DNA of 64,000 nucleotides from Octopus sinensis. Taxonomy: Eukaryota. Location: positions 203,360,001-203,424,000 of the forward strand of contig NC_042997.1 of NCBI RefSeq assembly GCF_006345805.1. The letters run 5' to 3'. Positions 1 through 14,455 of this stretch are shown one piece after another; position 1 is the stretch's first letter, and each line of letters starts with the position of its first letter. Below the pieces are notes generated by a model. It was not told the origin of the DNA. It saw only the letters and a program-made list of their open reading frames with translations, and did not search any database. The translations under genes and the position numbers were made by a program.

Positions 1-1889
1 TAATAATACACAGGATGGACAGTAACAGTAATGGACCTCCATGCAGTCGCTCAAACTACTAGTAATAGCAGTCAAATAGCCCTGAAATAACACCCTCCAA
101 TCTTAGACAAGAAAAGAACAGACAATAATTTAGTGTTACATGCTTTTAACAAAAAGAAAAATAAGTGGGAGAGATGGCTATGATTAGAATACCTTTAGTC
201 ATAGGTTTGACCAATCAGGGTTGACCTGGAGCCAAACAACATCAACAGTAACAGTGATGGAACAATTCACAGCAGCAGTGGAGATTCAAGCAGTACAAAT
301 ACTGAATATTATTATCAAATGGCTGCAACTTCTGCTTTGCTCCCACAAGCAGATATGTTGTTTTAACTTTTCCTTGCTTTCAAGAAATTTAGGATTTATT
401 CTCATTTCTTCTTCACACACACACAGTATACACAACTGAAGCAATATTGAATTAAAATAGCCATCTGTTCATCAATGTATATATACCATTGACAGGCTAG
501 TTATCATGGTATTTGTCTAGAGATAACATCTCTTATGGACATGCTGTGTTAAAAACACAAACGACGTGCTGTGTTAAAAACACAAACATCACAGGGATAT
601 GAAAAACTGCCTTAAGAGTGGCCAGTGAAAATGCCAAATGTCTTCACATCACCTGGTAACTGTAAATAAGTGTTACTGTTATACAAGCAGCATCATTTAT
701 TTCCAGTACTTAGCAAAAACATGTCTGGCCACAGTGAAATGTTACTGTGCTTGGAAATAGATGAGGGTTGGCAACAAGAAGGGCATCCAGTCATAGAAAA
801 TCTTTCTCAATAAACTACTCCAACCCATGCAAACATGGAAACGATGGTGTGTGTGTGTGTGTGCATGTGCGCACCTAACTTGTGTAATGCTATATGTAAA
901 TAGTTACTAATTTTTGTGTTTGTAAATGGAATTTTTCAGATCAGCAGCAATGGCCTTATTCCAACTTTTTGTTATAGGCATTTAATGAAAGAACACAGAA
1001 CAGTATGGTAATTGAAACATAAACGAGTGGTTTATAGTTCCAATATTAAATTTTAACAAGTAACAGACGACTCCTTACTGGTTGAAAACAACTGAAAATT
1101 ATTTTCAAAATTACTTTTGCAGCTTCAACATGACATTCTCTTAATATATATAATTTACAATGTTACTTTCTGAAAGAAAACATGTCAAAACTAGTTGTTC
1201 TTATTTATTGGTATGTTAAGGTTAAAAAATAATATTCAAATTTCTGACATCTTGCATAACAAGTTGCCCAAGAACAATTTTCTTGTATATCGAATTGTCT
1301 GTGTTTATATCAGCTGCATGCTTTTCGGGAAATATTCTGTCAAAGAAATCCTTGTTCTTAGATTTCTAGTCACTGTGGTCTTAAAAATTGTAACAACATG
1401 AACAATGAAAACATAACTAGAAAAGTACTCAAGAATCTATAAATTCTAACTGAATAGCAAACAAAAAATAAAATACAGAATAATGACAATAATGTGTCTA
1501 ATAAAAACGTTATCAGAATTATTGAAAATATACAACTGGGAATTCTTAACAAAAATTCTACACTTCAAATTAAATATACAGGAGAGATGTTTCAATAGAA
1601 TTCCTGTGAACAGTAGAATTCTTCTACAGTTTAATTTTTATTTTTATCATTATCATTGTGAAGGTGTAATGCTTAATAGTTGGAGAGTATGGTTCAAGAT
1701 TGTTAAGTTGTGGGTTCAATTTCCATAATGGACAATGCATTGTGTCATTGAACAAACGGTTTCATATCGTTCCAGTCACCATCATCATTGTTTTAATGTC
1801 CACTTCCAGATATTGGATCAGATGGAATTTTATTGAGGTGGACTTTCTACAACTGGATGCCCTTTCTGTCACTAACCTTCGCCTGTTTC

Positions 1890-2206
1890 CAATTAAGGTA
1901 ATATTTTCCCCACGGCCAGACATGTTCCTGCAGTATACTAGAAATGAGTGACACTACTTGTATGGCAGTAACAATCATATAACTAACACATGATGTCAAG
2001 ACAAAGAGACACAAACATACACTTGCATGCACAGAAACACACATATACGACAGGCTTCTTTCAGTTTCCACTTACCAAATCCACTCGAGGTATTGGTCAG
2101 CCCAGGGCTATAACAGAAGTCAGTTACCCAAGGTGCCACACAGTGGAACTGAACTCAAGACCATGTAGTTGGGAAGCAAACTTCTCAACCACACTGCCAT
2201 GCCTGC
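1890..2206 (-). mobile_element. tRNA-derived SINE (family with GGCATGGC..GTGG head and internal CA/TG microsatellite)
   Basis: Reverse complement matches the copy at 46751-47093 (GGCATGGCAGTGTGG..GAAGTTTGCTTCCCAACTACATGG..GGAAACTGAAAGAAGCC). Confidence 0.65.
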
Positions 2207-2809
2207 ATATCAAATGAAAATGAGTACCAGCAGCACCAGGGGTGAGCTGACCCTGTGTTAGTCTGGTGTCCCAATCAACAAATCTTGTACTCTTTATTAC
2301 TTACCCAAGATAAGCTCTGGCCTAATGGCCATGTAAGTTTAATAAAGACTTTACTATTGCCATTTTGGAGCCAACAGTTAATTATATCCATTATCAGGAA
2401 TTCAAGAAATAACACAGGAATTTTACAATTCAATGTTTTAATTTTAATTGATTGCTTAATTCTAAAAAGTGATCAAACCTGGGTAGATCATACAAGTTCT
2501 GGACACATAAGCAGGAGTGGTATTTATTGAAAATTTGACAATCAGCTGACAGTAATGTTTTCTCATATTAGTACATAGCCAAAAATACAACCAGTCACAT
2601 TAACCCTATTAATGCCGCATTTGTTAACACTCCAGTTCCAAACAGATGTCAATTGTCAACACTGATGGGCAAAACTGAAGAATTTTGTACAACAATTTCA
2701 TTTACTAGAAATGAATGTTATAGAAACATTTTTATCATCTAAGATTGTACCAAATGAACAAAAACACATGAAAAATACCATATTATTTAATATATGCAAC
2801 AGCATAAAT

Positions 2810-3016
2810 GGTGAGCTGGCAGAATTGTTACTGCATCAGATAAAATGCTGAGCAGCATTTCTCCCAACCTGATGCTCTGAGAACAAATGCTGCTGGGGTA
2901 GACTTTGCCTTTCATCCTTTCTGGGTCAATATAATAAGTACCAGTTGAGTACTGGGGTTCGTGTAATTGACTAGACTGCTCCCCAAAATTGCCGGCCTTG
3001 TGCCCAATTTGAAAGC
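2810..3016 (+). mobile_element. tRNA-derived SINE (GGTGAGCTGGCAGAA head family)
   Basis: Same ~210-bp sequence recurs at about 10936-11149(-), 14243-14455(-), 55437-55640(+), 56298-56500(-) and 58940-59090(-). Confidence 0.7.
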
Positions 3017-4899
3017 AAGATATACAACAGTAGCTCTTAATGCTCCTGAAGAAGAGCTAAGAATATACTGCCAAAAAAAGACAATCATCTTATAAATTAA
3101 TATTGATTTGTTTTGGAAAGAGACAGAAACATTTTTTGTAAGGGTGAAGGGAGAATAATCAATTGAATCTATACCATTATATTGCTGAAGTCCTGCTTCA
3201 ACACCTGAAGGATGAAAAGTAAAATCATCCCGGTCAGTATCTGAACTCAGAAAGTAGAGCAATGAAGTTAAATATCTGTGAGACATTATGTCTGATATCA
3301 TTTCAGCTGACTCAATAGAGTTAAATTTCCAATTATCTGAATGAGAGAAACAGGGATTATTTTGTTCAGGTATCTGATCTAATAGTAAACAAAGGAAGCC
3401 ATACAAAACATAATTATGTTAAAAAGCATATTTACACAGTCTTCATGAGTTTTACATTGATGTACTCTTGTACATCATGCCATTCCTCTATGACCTACAT
3501 GCTGTAATATTTCACTTTTCTGTTTGACTGTCAATGGAAGATATTCACATTCCTTTCACAGACATGGAAACACCACCAAACTCAATTACTTGTAACAGAT
3601 ACATAAAAACTTGCAGAGCAAACAAAGACTGATTTTAACATCATTTTAAATCATTCAGCATGTCTGTGAGTTTTACATGTTAAAGTTATTTCAACACTGT
3701 TTCAAGTGACCACTGAGATCAAACTGGCAGACCAACCAGCCAACACATGATGCTTTTGATGAATGTAAACAAGACATGATTGCCTCCCCAGTGTCATTAA
3801 CACTTTGATGTCAGCTTTTATATATTCTTCAGTAAAATCAATTCACACTGCATTACTGCAAAGCAAAAAGACAAAATGGTAGCAACCATTATTATTCTAT
3901 AGTTTGGGTTGGACACAGTATGGATAATTAAATATTCAGAGGGCCTTGATATCTCAATCAGATAATCTGAAATTCAGATAACTGATGTTCAGATGACCAA
4001 AGTTTTACAGTATTTGTGATTGAATACGAGCAAAAGTCTTACAGTGGGAGGAACATAGTTAACATAAATGTCTCCAGAATATTGCAGGAATGAATCTTAT
4101 TAACTTGGATTCAAACACAAAATATAAAAAGACAACTAAATATTGTAAGATATTTATACCATTTTTCTGTCATGTCTGCTTTCTCAGAAATAATTTGTAA
4201 TCATGTTGTTGCACTTTTTTCATTTGTTTTGGGATCTTTTTTATAATTTTGCCAATGTTTTGTTTGTTTGTTGAACCATTAAGAATTAAAAAAAAAAACA
4301 CAAATTCCCAATTCTGGAATGGAATGGTTTGTATAAATCTTATTTCAGTATATTTAAGGAAGAGTTGACATAGCTTAACTGAATATATTAATACCAGCCA
4401 TAAAGTGGTATTAACTTCTATTCCATTAACCTGTACCACTTAGCATTTTTGTTGATTTAATTAAAAATTAGCCAATCAATTAAAAGCAGAGTCAAAGAGT
4501 CTACAACTACTGCAAAGATTCCACTAATAAGAGTTGCAGTCAGAGACACTAACTCCAACCAACATAATGTCACAGTCTTAAGATGAGAGCATTATTGAAC
4601 CATTACTAGTCCTATTTTTCAACAGTTATTAATCCTAGCTAATAGATTCCTCTAGTGTTATTGTTGGCTGAAGATAATATCTAACCACATTTGTTAATAA
4701 AGATATTATCTCCAGCAAACATAACATCATAGATATCTAGTAACAAATGTTGTGGTCAAAGATATAATCTCCAGCAAACATAACATCGTAGGCATCTAGT
4801 GTTGTGGTGAAAGATATTATCTTCACTCAACAAAACATCAGAAAAGTCTATCAATATGTTGTGGTCAGAAATATTTCCAACCAAAAACATCACACAAGT

Positions 4900-5165
4900 T
4901 GAGCACTTAGCCAATGCTCACATCTATGATCTGGTAACTTGTGCCACATTTAGGTACCTGTGAAGTAACTAAGCTGAGCATCAGGTATGTCAAGTAGAGG
5001 GAGAAGAGCTGCACCAGCAGTCAACTGGTAATCATTTACAGTTGAGTAGACTGCAGTAATGTAAAATATCATAGATTGGTCAATGGCAATGTAGTGTCTT
5101 GCCCAGGAATCGAATCCACGACATTATGATCATGGGTATAACACCCCAACCACTAGGCCACACAT
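4900..5165 (-). mobile_element. tRNA-derived SINE remnant
   Basis: Minus strand has A-box-like TGGCCTAGTGG and B-box-like GGATTCGATTCC near 5100-5160. Confidence 0.5.
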
Positions 5166-8100
5166 CTTCACAGAAGTCCCATTACAAGGATTGTAAATAT
5201 AGGAAAAAAGGAATAAGTAATACAGAACAGCACTTGCATCTTGAGAATAAATTTGTTAAACAGTAAAAGATTAAATATAAATTATGTGTTTGTGTTTTTG
5301 TTATTCATTTAGAGAAAGAAACTGTAACAATAGTTCTAGGACAGAAATAGCAGAACAGTAAAAACATAAGATTAGATTTAATAATATTCCTGATCAATGG
5401 ATAAACAAACAACAGTCATAAAAACCAAAAATAAATATTTCTGCTGACTGATAGATACACCATAGATTCTATTGTAATAAATACTTTTTCTTTCTTTCTT
5501 CAATGGAGACAAGCACAGATCAAAATCGTGTCTGTTAACCTTTTAAATTTGTTCTTTCATAATAAATCTGACCATCCCAAAGTGACTTTTTTGCATAGCT
5601 TAACCTTTTGTCAGCAGAACAGATGAAGTATTCCAAATAGCATCAGAGAACTCAATGAGAAATTAACCAAGGACTAAGTAACAGAAGAAGCCAGTTAAAT
5701 AGATTTGTTTAATCCATGCCAATTGGGGGAAAATATGTAAAAATTCCACCAATAACCATGAGGCTAATTAGTATAATTGGAAACTTATTCTCATATATGA
5801 TATAAAAAATATATATAATTTTATTCATTTTCAGACTACAAAGTTATTTTGCAATGAAATTTTCTTAAAGTTTCTAGTTAAGCAAGAAAAGAGTCATAAC
5901 TTTTTGTCATGTTAACTCACTAAACTTTATCGATCCTCTCCCAGATCTCTCCAATTGAACTTTAGTTAATCAAAGGTTAATTTCAGCTCTTCTCATCAAA
6001 TGACAAGTCAAAATATACACCATCAAACTAAAGACTTCTGAACATAAAAACATTTAGTCTAACAAGTAATATTCAAAATACCAATAAAGAACTTAAGTAC
6101 TGAATTTTTGGCTGGGCCTCACTGAGGAAATCACAAGAGATTGGGAGATGTGGCAATTTGCTGTACTTGAAAAGACACATCAATCTACGTAAAACCACTG
6201 TCTTCCATACATACAGGCTTGTCCTTTACAGGTGCTGGTGCCACATAAAATGCACTCATGCCAGTGCTGCTTAAATGCACCTATGCCAGTGGCACATAAA
6301 AAGCACTCAGCATGCACTGTTAAATGGTTGGAGATAGGAATGGCATCCAGCCATAGAAACCATGCTAGAACAGACAATTGGAGTCAGGACAGCACCCATC
6401 AAACTGTTCAACCCATGTCAGCATGGAAAACAGACATTAAATGATGAACATTTGTAAACAAGAAGTTTAAAAAACAAAACAAATTAGAATATGAAATACA
6501 TGGTTCCCTTCAACCATCTTGATACCAACTTACCTGAGATTGCCATTAGTTCTACGATACAAGCATCATGCTTTACAGCATTCTAAATTAAAACTTCTCA
6601 TAAAAATTTGATGTTATGTACCAAACACCAGCTTGATAATTACAAATTTATTCTGTTTAATCTTTCATTATTTTCTAAATTTCGATAGAAATATGGTGAC
6701 AAAAGGTTTAAATCATTTTGCTTCATCTTTCAGATTGAAAAACTTGCATATAGAATGTAAGGATTACAGTTATTTTACCAGGTTTTACTACTCAATGACA
6801 CTTTTTGTAAAGATACAAGGAGCAGAGTTTATTTAATAACAAGACATTACCTTCTCTCTCTCCCCATAAGCAAGACATGGACCCCAGAAGCTGCATTGAA
6901 GAGAGAAGGAATACCTAATAAAGTGATACTGGGTTGAGGGTCACACATCAGTCCAGCTTATATAGGACATGTTCTCTAGTGACTGTAGCATGATAAAATG
7001 CATCTGATATACTCTCTAAAGTGGTTGGTCACAGGAAGGGCATCCAGCTGCACGAACTATACCAAAATGAAAATGTACATGTGAGATCGGGATTCAGCAA
7101 GCTACATTACAAGCAACTGACTAGGAGGGCAGGAACTCCACTCCAAATAACTGACAATGATTGTGACAACCACCCAATCAATATAAGCATTAAAAAAAAA
7201 ATGTAGAACTGATGATGATCTACGTAATTGCATTTTACTGTTTTAAAACATACCTAAATCTTCACATTTTCATTTAAAACAGGGAAAGAAAGAAATCAAT
7301 GGTATAACAGCATAGAATCAGTGAGGTCCTTAGATGTCAATGACAGCTTCAATCAATTCACTAAGTTATATATATAGAATGAATTTCTTTGACGACAATA
7401 GCGTCCATTACCATCATTTGAATTGGTTCATCAAACATGCAGTTCATGACAGCATCATATAATACAAAACTATTACTATACAAAACTTTTCCTGCATTTC
7501 CTTCTGTATTTTCTCAATCAATCAATCAGGTTCCTCCTCATAGGTTTTCTGGCATACATGCATGCATACACACACACACACATTATATCCATTCCAATTT
7601 ATAAACTTTCTCCAGTCTTATGTATTTTAAAACCAATTTCGTTAGCTGCTTGAAACACCTGTTTTTAAAATCCATTTTCCTTTGAAATGAGCTGCTGGGA
7701 TTAATCGAAGGAATTCATCATGAATGAAACATTAAAAATAGGTCTCTTCCAATAATTAGCATGCTAAGATCAGAAAAGATTAATAACTTTGATTGAGGAA
7801 AAGAATGATATTTCCATCACCAATGACCAAAAATATAATTGCCTGCTACAAAATAATTAGTGAAATAACCAAATTATTCTCAATCTCACGTATGTTACAT
7901 AGCAACACAATGATATTTATTATCTCTACATAATAATAGCCTATATTAATGTTGGTTGGTTGGTTGATTGATTGATTTCTTCAGTCGTGCTTTACATTAT
8001 GTAGAAAAAGAAGTAAAAGAGATATAGAATCAATATAAGAAATGCAGGATGAGTGCGCATACAAAGCTTGGTGGCAGACAATGAGAACTATCTGAAAAAT

Positions 8101-9688
8101 ACACATTGTTTTGATGCAATTTTGCAGAAATTGGGTTTGTATGGAGCATATTGCAATTATTTTGATAAAATTTTTGAAAATAAGACATTTGTACTACAGA
8201 ACCAGAGGCAATTTCATCCAGGTTGGTATCAAAAGGGTTAAGGTAAAGGTGTAGGGAAACACCACAATGTGACGCTATGAAGAATAATAAATCAGTTTAA
8301 AATAGATAAATTTTTTGCCAGAATTCCTCACCTATTTTAATTTTTTTATTTTTGTTATCGTATGAGGCACAAGTTTACTACCTTCCCTCTCAAATTCATA
8401 TCTGCCTCTACCCCTTCATCCATTCACATTTCACTCCAGACATCTGACCCTCTCACACTACCATTTCGTTCTCCACATTAGTTCTTCAACTTCAATTCTT
8501 TGCCTAAAGGCCAAGAGACATCATTTCCTCTCTCGCTTCCACACTCTCAGCTGAAAGTCAAGGCAGATACTATATTAAATTTTACACACCTCAGGGTAAT
8601 TAAACTTATTCAACCCTCCAATATTGATGCTACCAGGTCATCACCAGCTTCTTCAAATTCCAAATTTTGCCAAATAATAAATTTATCTAGTACAAATCCA
8701 TATATTCAATTTTTTTTTTCCTGAACAGACACTCACATAACCTTCTTCATAAAAAAAATGTATATTTGAGTGGTAATGGAATATAAAAAAAAAATCAATT
8801 ATCAGTCTAATATAAATGAAGAATGGAAATAAAAAGATAATCTCACACATTCAATTTCCCCATGTAATTAACCTTTGCAATTGTTTTCTTTGAAGGTTGT
8901 AGAACCAATGTCCATTGTTGGGAGAATGGAAGTAGTTTTAAAAAATAAAACATTGTTGAAAATCGTGTCTCTTCTCCTGGTTACAGATTGTCAATATTTT
9001 ACTCATCATCATTTAACGTCCAATTCCCATGCTGGCATGGGTTGGATGGTTCGACAGGCAAGGCAGAAGACTGCACCAGGTTTCAGTGTCTGTTTTGTCA
9101 TGGTTTTTATGGCTGGATGCCTTTCTTAACAATCATGGCATGTACCTTAGTGGTTAGATGTTCAACTCACAATTGTAAAGTCATGAGCTTGATACCCAGT
9201 GACACGTTGTGTCCTTGAGCAACACACTTTATTTCACATTGCTCCAGTCCACTCACCTGGTAAGAATGAGTTGTACCTGTGCTTCAAAGGGCTGGCCCTG
9301 TCCCATTGTGTCACACTGAATCTTCCTGAGAACTACATTAAGGCATTAAGAGTACATGTGTCTGTGGAGTGCTCAGCCACTTGCATGTTAATTTCACAAG
9401 TAAGCTGTTCCATTGATCAGATCAAGAGACCCTCATCATTGTAACCGACAGAGTGCCAGTTTACATGTGTGAGTGTATATATATGTATATATAATATCAA
9501 TATGGCTGTTTGACATTACTACCATTTTAATCCCAGACAGATCTTCCACCAGCTGGTTACCAATGCAACCTGTACTCTGTATATATTGCCCAGTAGGGGA
9601 GCAAACCCATACCATCCTTTAGCAGATGACAGGATCACAAAATTAAGGGACCATCAACCACTGATTTTGCAACAAGCAAATTAACTAA

Positions 9689-9877
9689 TTAGAAAATCTC
9701 AACAAGAGATAAAAGTAGCAACTCTACTGAGAAGTAATGCTTATCGCCACATCAATATGGCTATTTGACATTACTACCATTTTAACCCCATTAAAATGGT
9801 AGTAACGTCAAACAGCTGATGTGGCAATAAATATTACTTCTGAGTTGCTACTTTCATCTCTTGTTGAGATTTTCTAA
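9689..9877. repeat. Foldback (near-perfect inverted repeat, ~190 bp)
   Basis: TTAGAAAATCTCAACAAGAGAT..TTACTACCATTTTAA-CCCCA-TTAAAATGGTAGTAA..ATCTCTTGTTGAGATTTTCTAA; arms pair with two 5-nt bulges. Confidence 0.85.
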
Positions 9878-10399
9878 CTAGCTACTTTGTTTATATTTCT
9901 CATGTGTGTATACATGGGGAGGTAAGTTGTTGAAGCAGAATTTCAATGGGCACCCTTCTTGTTGTCAACCCTCACATGTTTCAAAGCAAGGTGAAATTTC
10001 CCAACGGCTAGGCACATTTTCATGGAAGATTGGAAACAAAGGACACTGCATGTATGATTAATGGAGCATGCTATCAAGACATGGAGGTACACACCCACAC
10101 ACATACATATATAGGTATGCAAACACACAGGATGGGTGTCTTTCAATTTCCATCTACCAAATCTACTCACAAAAGTTTGGCCAGTCTGAGCTTAAAGTAG
10201 AATACACATGCTCAAGGATTCATGCAGTGGGACCGAACCCAAAACCACTTGGTTGAGAAGCTAACTTTTCAACCATACTCTCATGCCTGCACTTTAGTTA
10301 TATGTTTTTTTTTTGAAAAAATAATATTAACTGAAGGATCACTATATATTTGAGTATCAAGTTTTATTTTTACATGGAGAAGTTTGTCAATGACTTTAA

Positions 10400-10611
10400 C
10401 CCTTTAGCATTCAAACAGGCCCAAAATTTCTACCTGTTTTATTTTCAAACTGACCAAATCTGGCCTCTACCAACTACCCTGTTAATTTCATTCAAAAAAA
10501 TAAACAATCACATCATCAAAATCTCTAAGCTATTAGATAATGCATGATTAATTCAAAACAATATGAATAAATAAGCATCATATTTGACAGAATAATCTCA
10601 ATGCTAAATGG
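10400..10611. mobile_element. piggyBac-like MITE
   Basis: TTAA-CCCTTTAGCATT ... AATGCTAAATGG-TTAA: short TIRs flanked by TTAA on both sides. Confidence 0.6.
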
Positions 10612-10935
10612 TTAAAATTTTGGGTTACTTACTTTTGTCAGGCTGTCTTACAAAGGCAACTAAGCCAAAACTTCAAAGTCACTTCCAACATTTTCCTTGT
10701 AAAAGCACTTACATTCATAATAATTCTAATAAACCCATCTCAAAATCTCACCAAATTCAATACTTGATTTATATAACTGTAAACACACAGGCAGGCATAA
10801 ATGCATGAGCCTGCACAAATGCACATGCAGATGCACACACATGTACACAGGTTAATTTAGATAAATGCAAAAATATTCAACCAGTCAATTTCCACATTGC
10901 TTCTGCATATTTTCTTCCTAATTTGTGCTAGTATT

Positions 10936-11149
10936 GGTTTCAAATTTTGGCACAAGGCCAGCAATTTCGGGGACGGGGTAAGTTGATTACATTGACCCCA
11001 GTGTTCAACTGATACTTATTTTATCAGCCCTGAAAGGATGAAAGGCCAAGTCAACCTTGATAGAATTTCAACTCAGAAGAACATTAACACAGACAAATTG
11101 CTGCTAAGCGTTTTGCCTGGTGTGCTCACCATTCTGCCAGCTTACCACC
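10936..11149 (-). mobile_element. tRNA-derived SINE (same family as 2810-3016)
   Basis: Reverse complement aligns by eye with 2810-3016. Confidence 0.7.
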
Positions 11150-11779
11150 TTAGTTTGCATTAATATTAAATGTGTAAATTGGAAAATAGCTGTAATTTCA
11201 GTATCGATAATGTCAATATACAATAGACTAAACCAAAGAAAATGCATGACCTAATGGGCAGGGTACTGATTTCATGATAAGGGTGTGGCTCAATTCCTGG
11301 ACTGATGACGCATTGTGTCCTTGAGTAAGGAATTTCATTTCATACTACTCCACCTGTAAATGACTACAGCCAGGTGCTGATGTGGCTTGCTCTTCTTCCA
11401 AATGTTACAACCTGGATGTGCCCTTGATGAATGGTGGTGGTGGGGGGGGGTTATGCTTCTTACTAAGTGGGTACCTAATATAATTAGCAAACGTATAGTA
11501 CATGCTACCAAGCCATACTTACAAAGGATGGATAGCTGTACTATAAACTAAAGAATGACTTGACATTTTTCATCTTCAGTCATAGGAATATATGATTACA
11601 AAGAAATTTTTGTAAATCACCAATCGCATTCTTAGCAATATAATTTATAAAGCAAAAGATTATTTAAAACACTTTCCCAGATACTAGACAATAGATGGTT
11701 AATCATTATTTTCTAAAATTACAACTTATAAACTATCATCTACAGTAAAACATTACTTTTGATACTAACCATCATTTTA

Positions 11780-12700
11780 ATAAGTGTGGTATAAAAAGAA
11801 CAGTGACATAGTTAAATGGCCATGACATTGCTATGGCATTTGACAGTGCAGTTCATTCTACTCATTTTTCACCAAGTCATGCTACATTTGTGACTACAAC
11901 ATGATCTCTTTCATCAGCATCAATCACTTTGATGAGGAAGTCTCTATGACCATTGCTCGACTTGCTAGAAATAACCAGAATATCTCTCAACTTATACCCT
12001 ACCATTTTAAATAAAAGATACATTGAACTGTTTAGCTCCAATATCAAAAAAAACCAACAGAGTGGTCATGATTGGAATACTTTATCATATATCTATTCAA
12101 TCAAAGCTCACAGGGAACTCAACAACTTCATTCAATTCTCCTTGATTTATCTCCAATGGGATCCTGCTATGTGATTTTTATTTTCCAGACAAAGTTGTTT
12201 ATGAGACCCTAAACTATTCCAGAAGAATGTCTACATTGTACGACTATACAAGGACACTGACCAGGTCAGTTACATATCTCAGCCAGTGGAAATTTTCATT
12301 TGCTAATGACTGAACAATAACAAATATCAAGGAAGTCCTACATCAAAGACTTTACTAACTATACAGGTTTCCATATGACTGACACTTATACAACATCATC
12401 TATATAACAGACCATTGAGAATACTCTAACCACTTTTTGATCAACTTCTACAACCACAAAGACAGTAATTGAAACCAATGTACACTAATAAATTATCAGA
12501 TACCACCAACTCCCCTACAGGTCTGACAATCCCACCAACAACACATTCCATTCCAAACATCACATACACTTGTGCCTCCCTTGTCACTGGAAGGGTGAGT
12601 TTGCAGGATAGTTTTTTTAATTTCTTTAACAGGGTCAGTCAAGCATTGAACAAAAAGAATTCAAATGCAACCAGTATCTACTGTAATCATTCTAAAGCCA
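11780..12700 (+). pseudogene. Highly decayed non-LTR retrotransposon reverse transcriptase relic
   Basis: HDIAMAFDSAVHS at 11821 resembles RT D(I/F)xKAFDSVxH. QGSPTSKTLLTI at 12328 resembles QGxPLSxxLF. Many stops; no YADD seen. Confidence 0.4.
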
Positions 12701-14242
12701 TTAAAATAAAACAGCAGCTAAGTACTAGAGTCAATATAATAGATTATTTTAGCAAAATTGTTGGTCCTAAGCCCATGTCCAAAATTTAAATTCTTTAGCT
12801 CAATAAGTACAACTAACACTAGTAGTTCTAATATTGGGTTACCACCTTTAATTACATAATTAAGCAAAATCCCTTCTTCAGAAACACCACAATTATATTT
12901 CTCATCAAAATATAACAATACAAAACGGAGACAAAATATTTCCAGTGGAAGAGTAATGTAGAAAGACAATTAGTAGATTTTACTTAGCAGTTTAAAGTAG
13001 TGGTTCTCAACCTTTTTAATATCCAGGTCAGATCTAAAACCTGGCTTTTTTTTTTTTTAGGGGACTGCACAAAAAAAGTAAAACACAAGTCAAAGAAAAG
13101 TTTATTATATTTATAGAGGGAAGATCATCAAGGGCTGCTGGAAGGATGCTTAAGGGCTACATGAAGCTCTGAGAACTGCTGGTTTAAACAGATACCACTG
13201 TTTTAGTCTTTGAAAACAACTTATTACAAACACTGGTTAATTTGTGGCTGGAAAAAGAGACCCACCCAAGAAGTGATAATTTGGTTGTTGTTTAGTCCCA
13301 GACATGTATAAGTTGAGCAGACCAATGGTCAAAAGTTATTCATTGTGTTCTTCCTTTTTAAGACAGTAGAGTGGGATTGATGCAAATTTGGCTATTTAGC
13401 AGGTTAATTGACCTTGCAGAAGCTCACTAATTGGAATACTTGGTAAGAGAAAGAGTATAAGTAAATAAGGTTATCTAAAATAATAGGCTAAGAAATAAAG
13501 TAACAGACAAGTATCACATATCAGGTTTAACCCTTTTAACACCAAACCAACATGACCATCTCTGGTTCTATGATACAAAATTCCTGAGTGATCTAAAAGC
13601 AGTAAGATTCCTTATAACCCATGCAAGATAAACACTTTCATTAAAACCTTCCATCCACATTTCATGTTAATCTGTTCTAAACATCAGATTAATAATAATG
13701 ACAGCTATTATACTAAAGTCTTCAAAATTTTCAAAATTAATTGAAACAAAGAGTACCTCAACAGAAATATATCTTTTACTGGTTTCAGTTATTAGACAGC
13801 AACCATACAAGACCACAAATCAAGATCAGTGCCTATTGTAAACTTGGTGTGTATTCTATCAGTCTCTTTTGCAAAACTCTAAGTTACAGGGACATTAACC
13901 AACACTGGGTGTCAAGTGATGATGGGGAACAAACATAACAGAGTTTTTGTTTACCAACTTCACTCACAAAGTATTGGTTGCCCAGAACAATAGTAGAAGA
14001 CACTCACCCAAAGTGCTGCTCAGTGAGACTGAACATGAAACCATATGGTTACAAATCAAGCCTCTTAACCCCACAGCCAAAGGATTAATTAGCTAGAAAA
14101 GAAGTGAGAAGTCTACAAATTATTACAGTGAAGGAGCAGAAAGGTATCAAGTATTCTGAACATGGGAAATATTGGGAATGTGTGTGTGTGTATGTGTGTT
14201 TTGACTGATTCTGTAGTAAGCATCATCATAATTATCACAAGA

Positions 14243-14455
14243 TTGGTTTCAAGTTTTGGCACAAGGCCAGCAATTTCAGGGGAGAAGGCTAGTTGATTTC
14301 ATCGACCGCAGTACTCAACTGGTACTTAATTTATCGACACTGAAAGGATGACAGGCAAAGTCAACCTCAGCAGAATTTGATCTCAGAATATAAAGACAGA
14401 CGAAGTGCCACTAAGCATTTTGCCCAGCGTGCTAATGATTCTGCCAGCTCACTAC
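14243..14455 (-). mobile_element. tRNA-derived SINE (same family as 2810-3016)
   Basis: GGTTTCAAGTTTTGGCACAAGGCC..GATTCTGCCAGCTCAC matches the other copies. Confidence 0.7.

Noticed and set aside
6118-6150. CTGAGGA followed by an AATC/GATT stem
   Set aside because: Followed by GGGA rather than GAAA; no stems I or III.
6526-6574. Exon-like 49-nt segment on the minus strand (TTTAG|..CAG|GTAAGT, NAVKHDACIVELMAIS)
   Set aside because: Lies in a dispersed MITE-like repeat (similar to 13525-13590) and does not resemble catulin.
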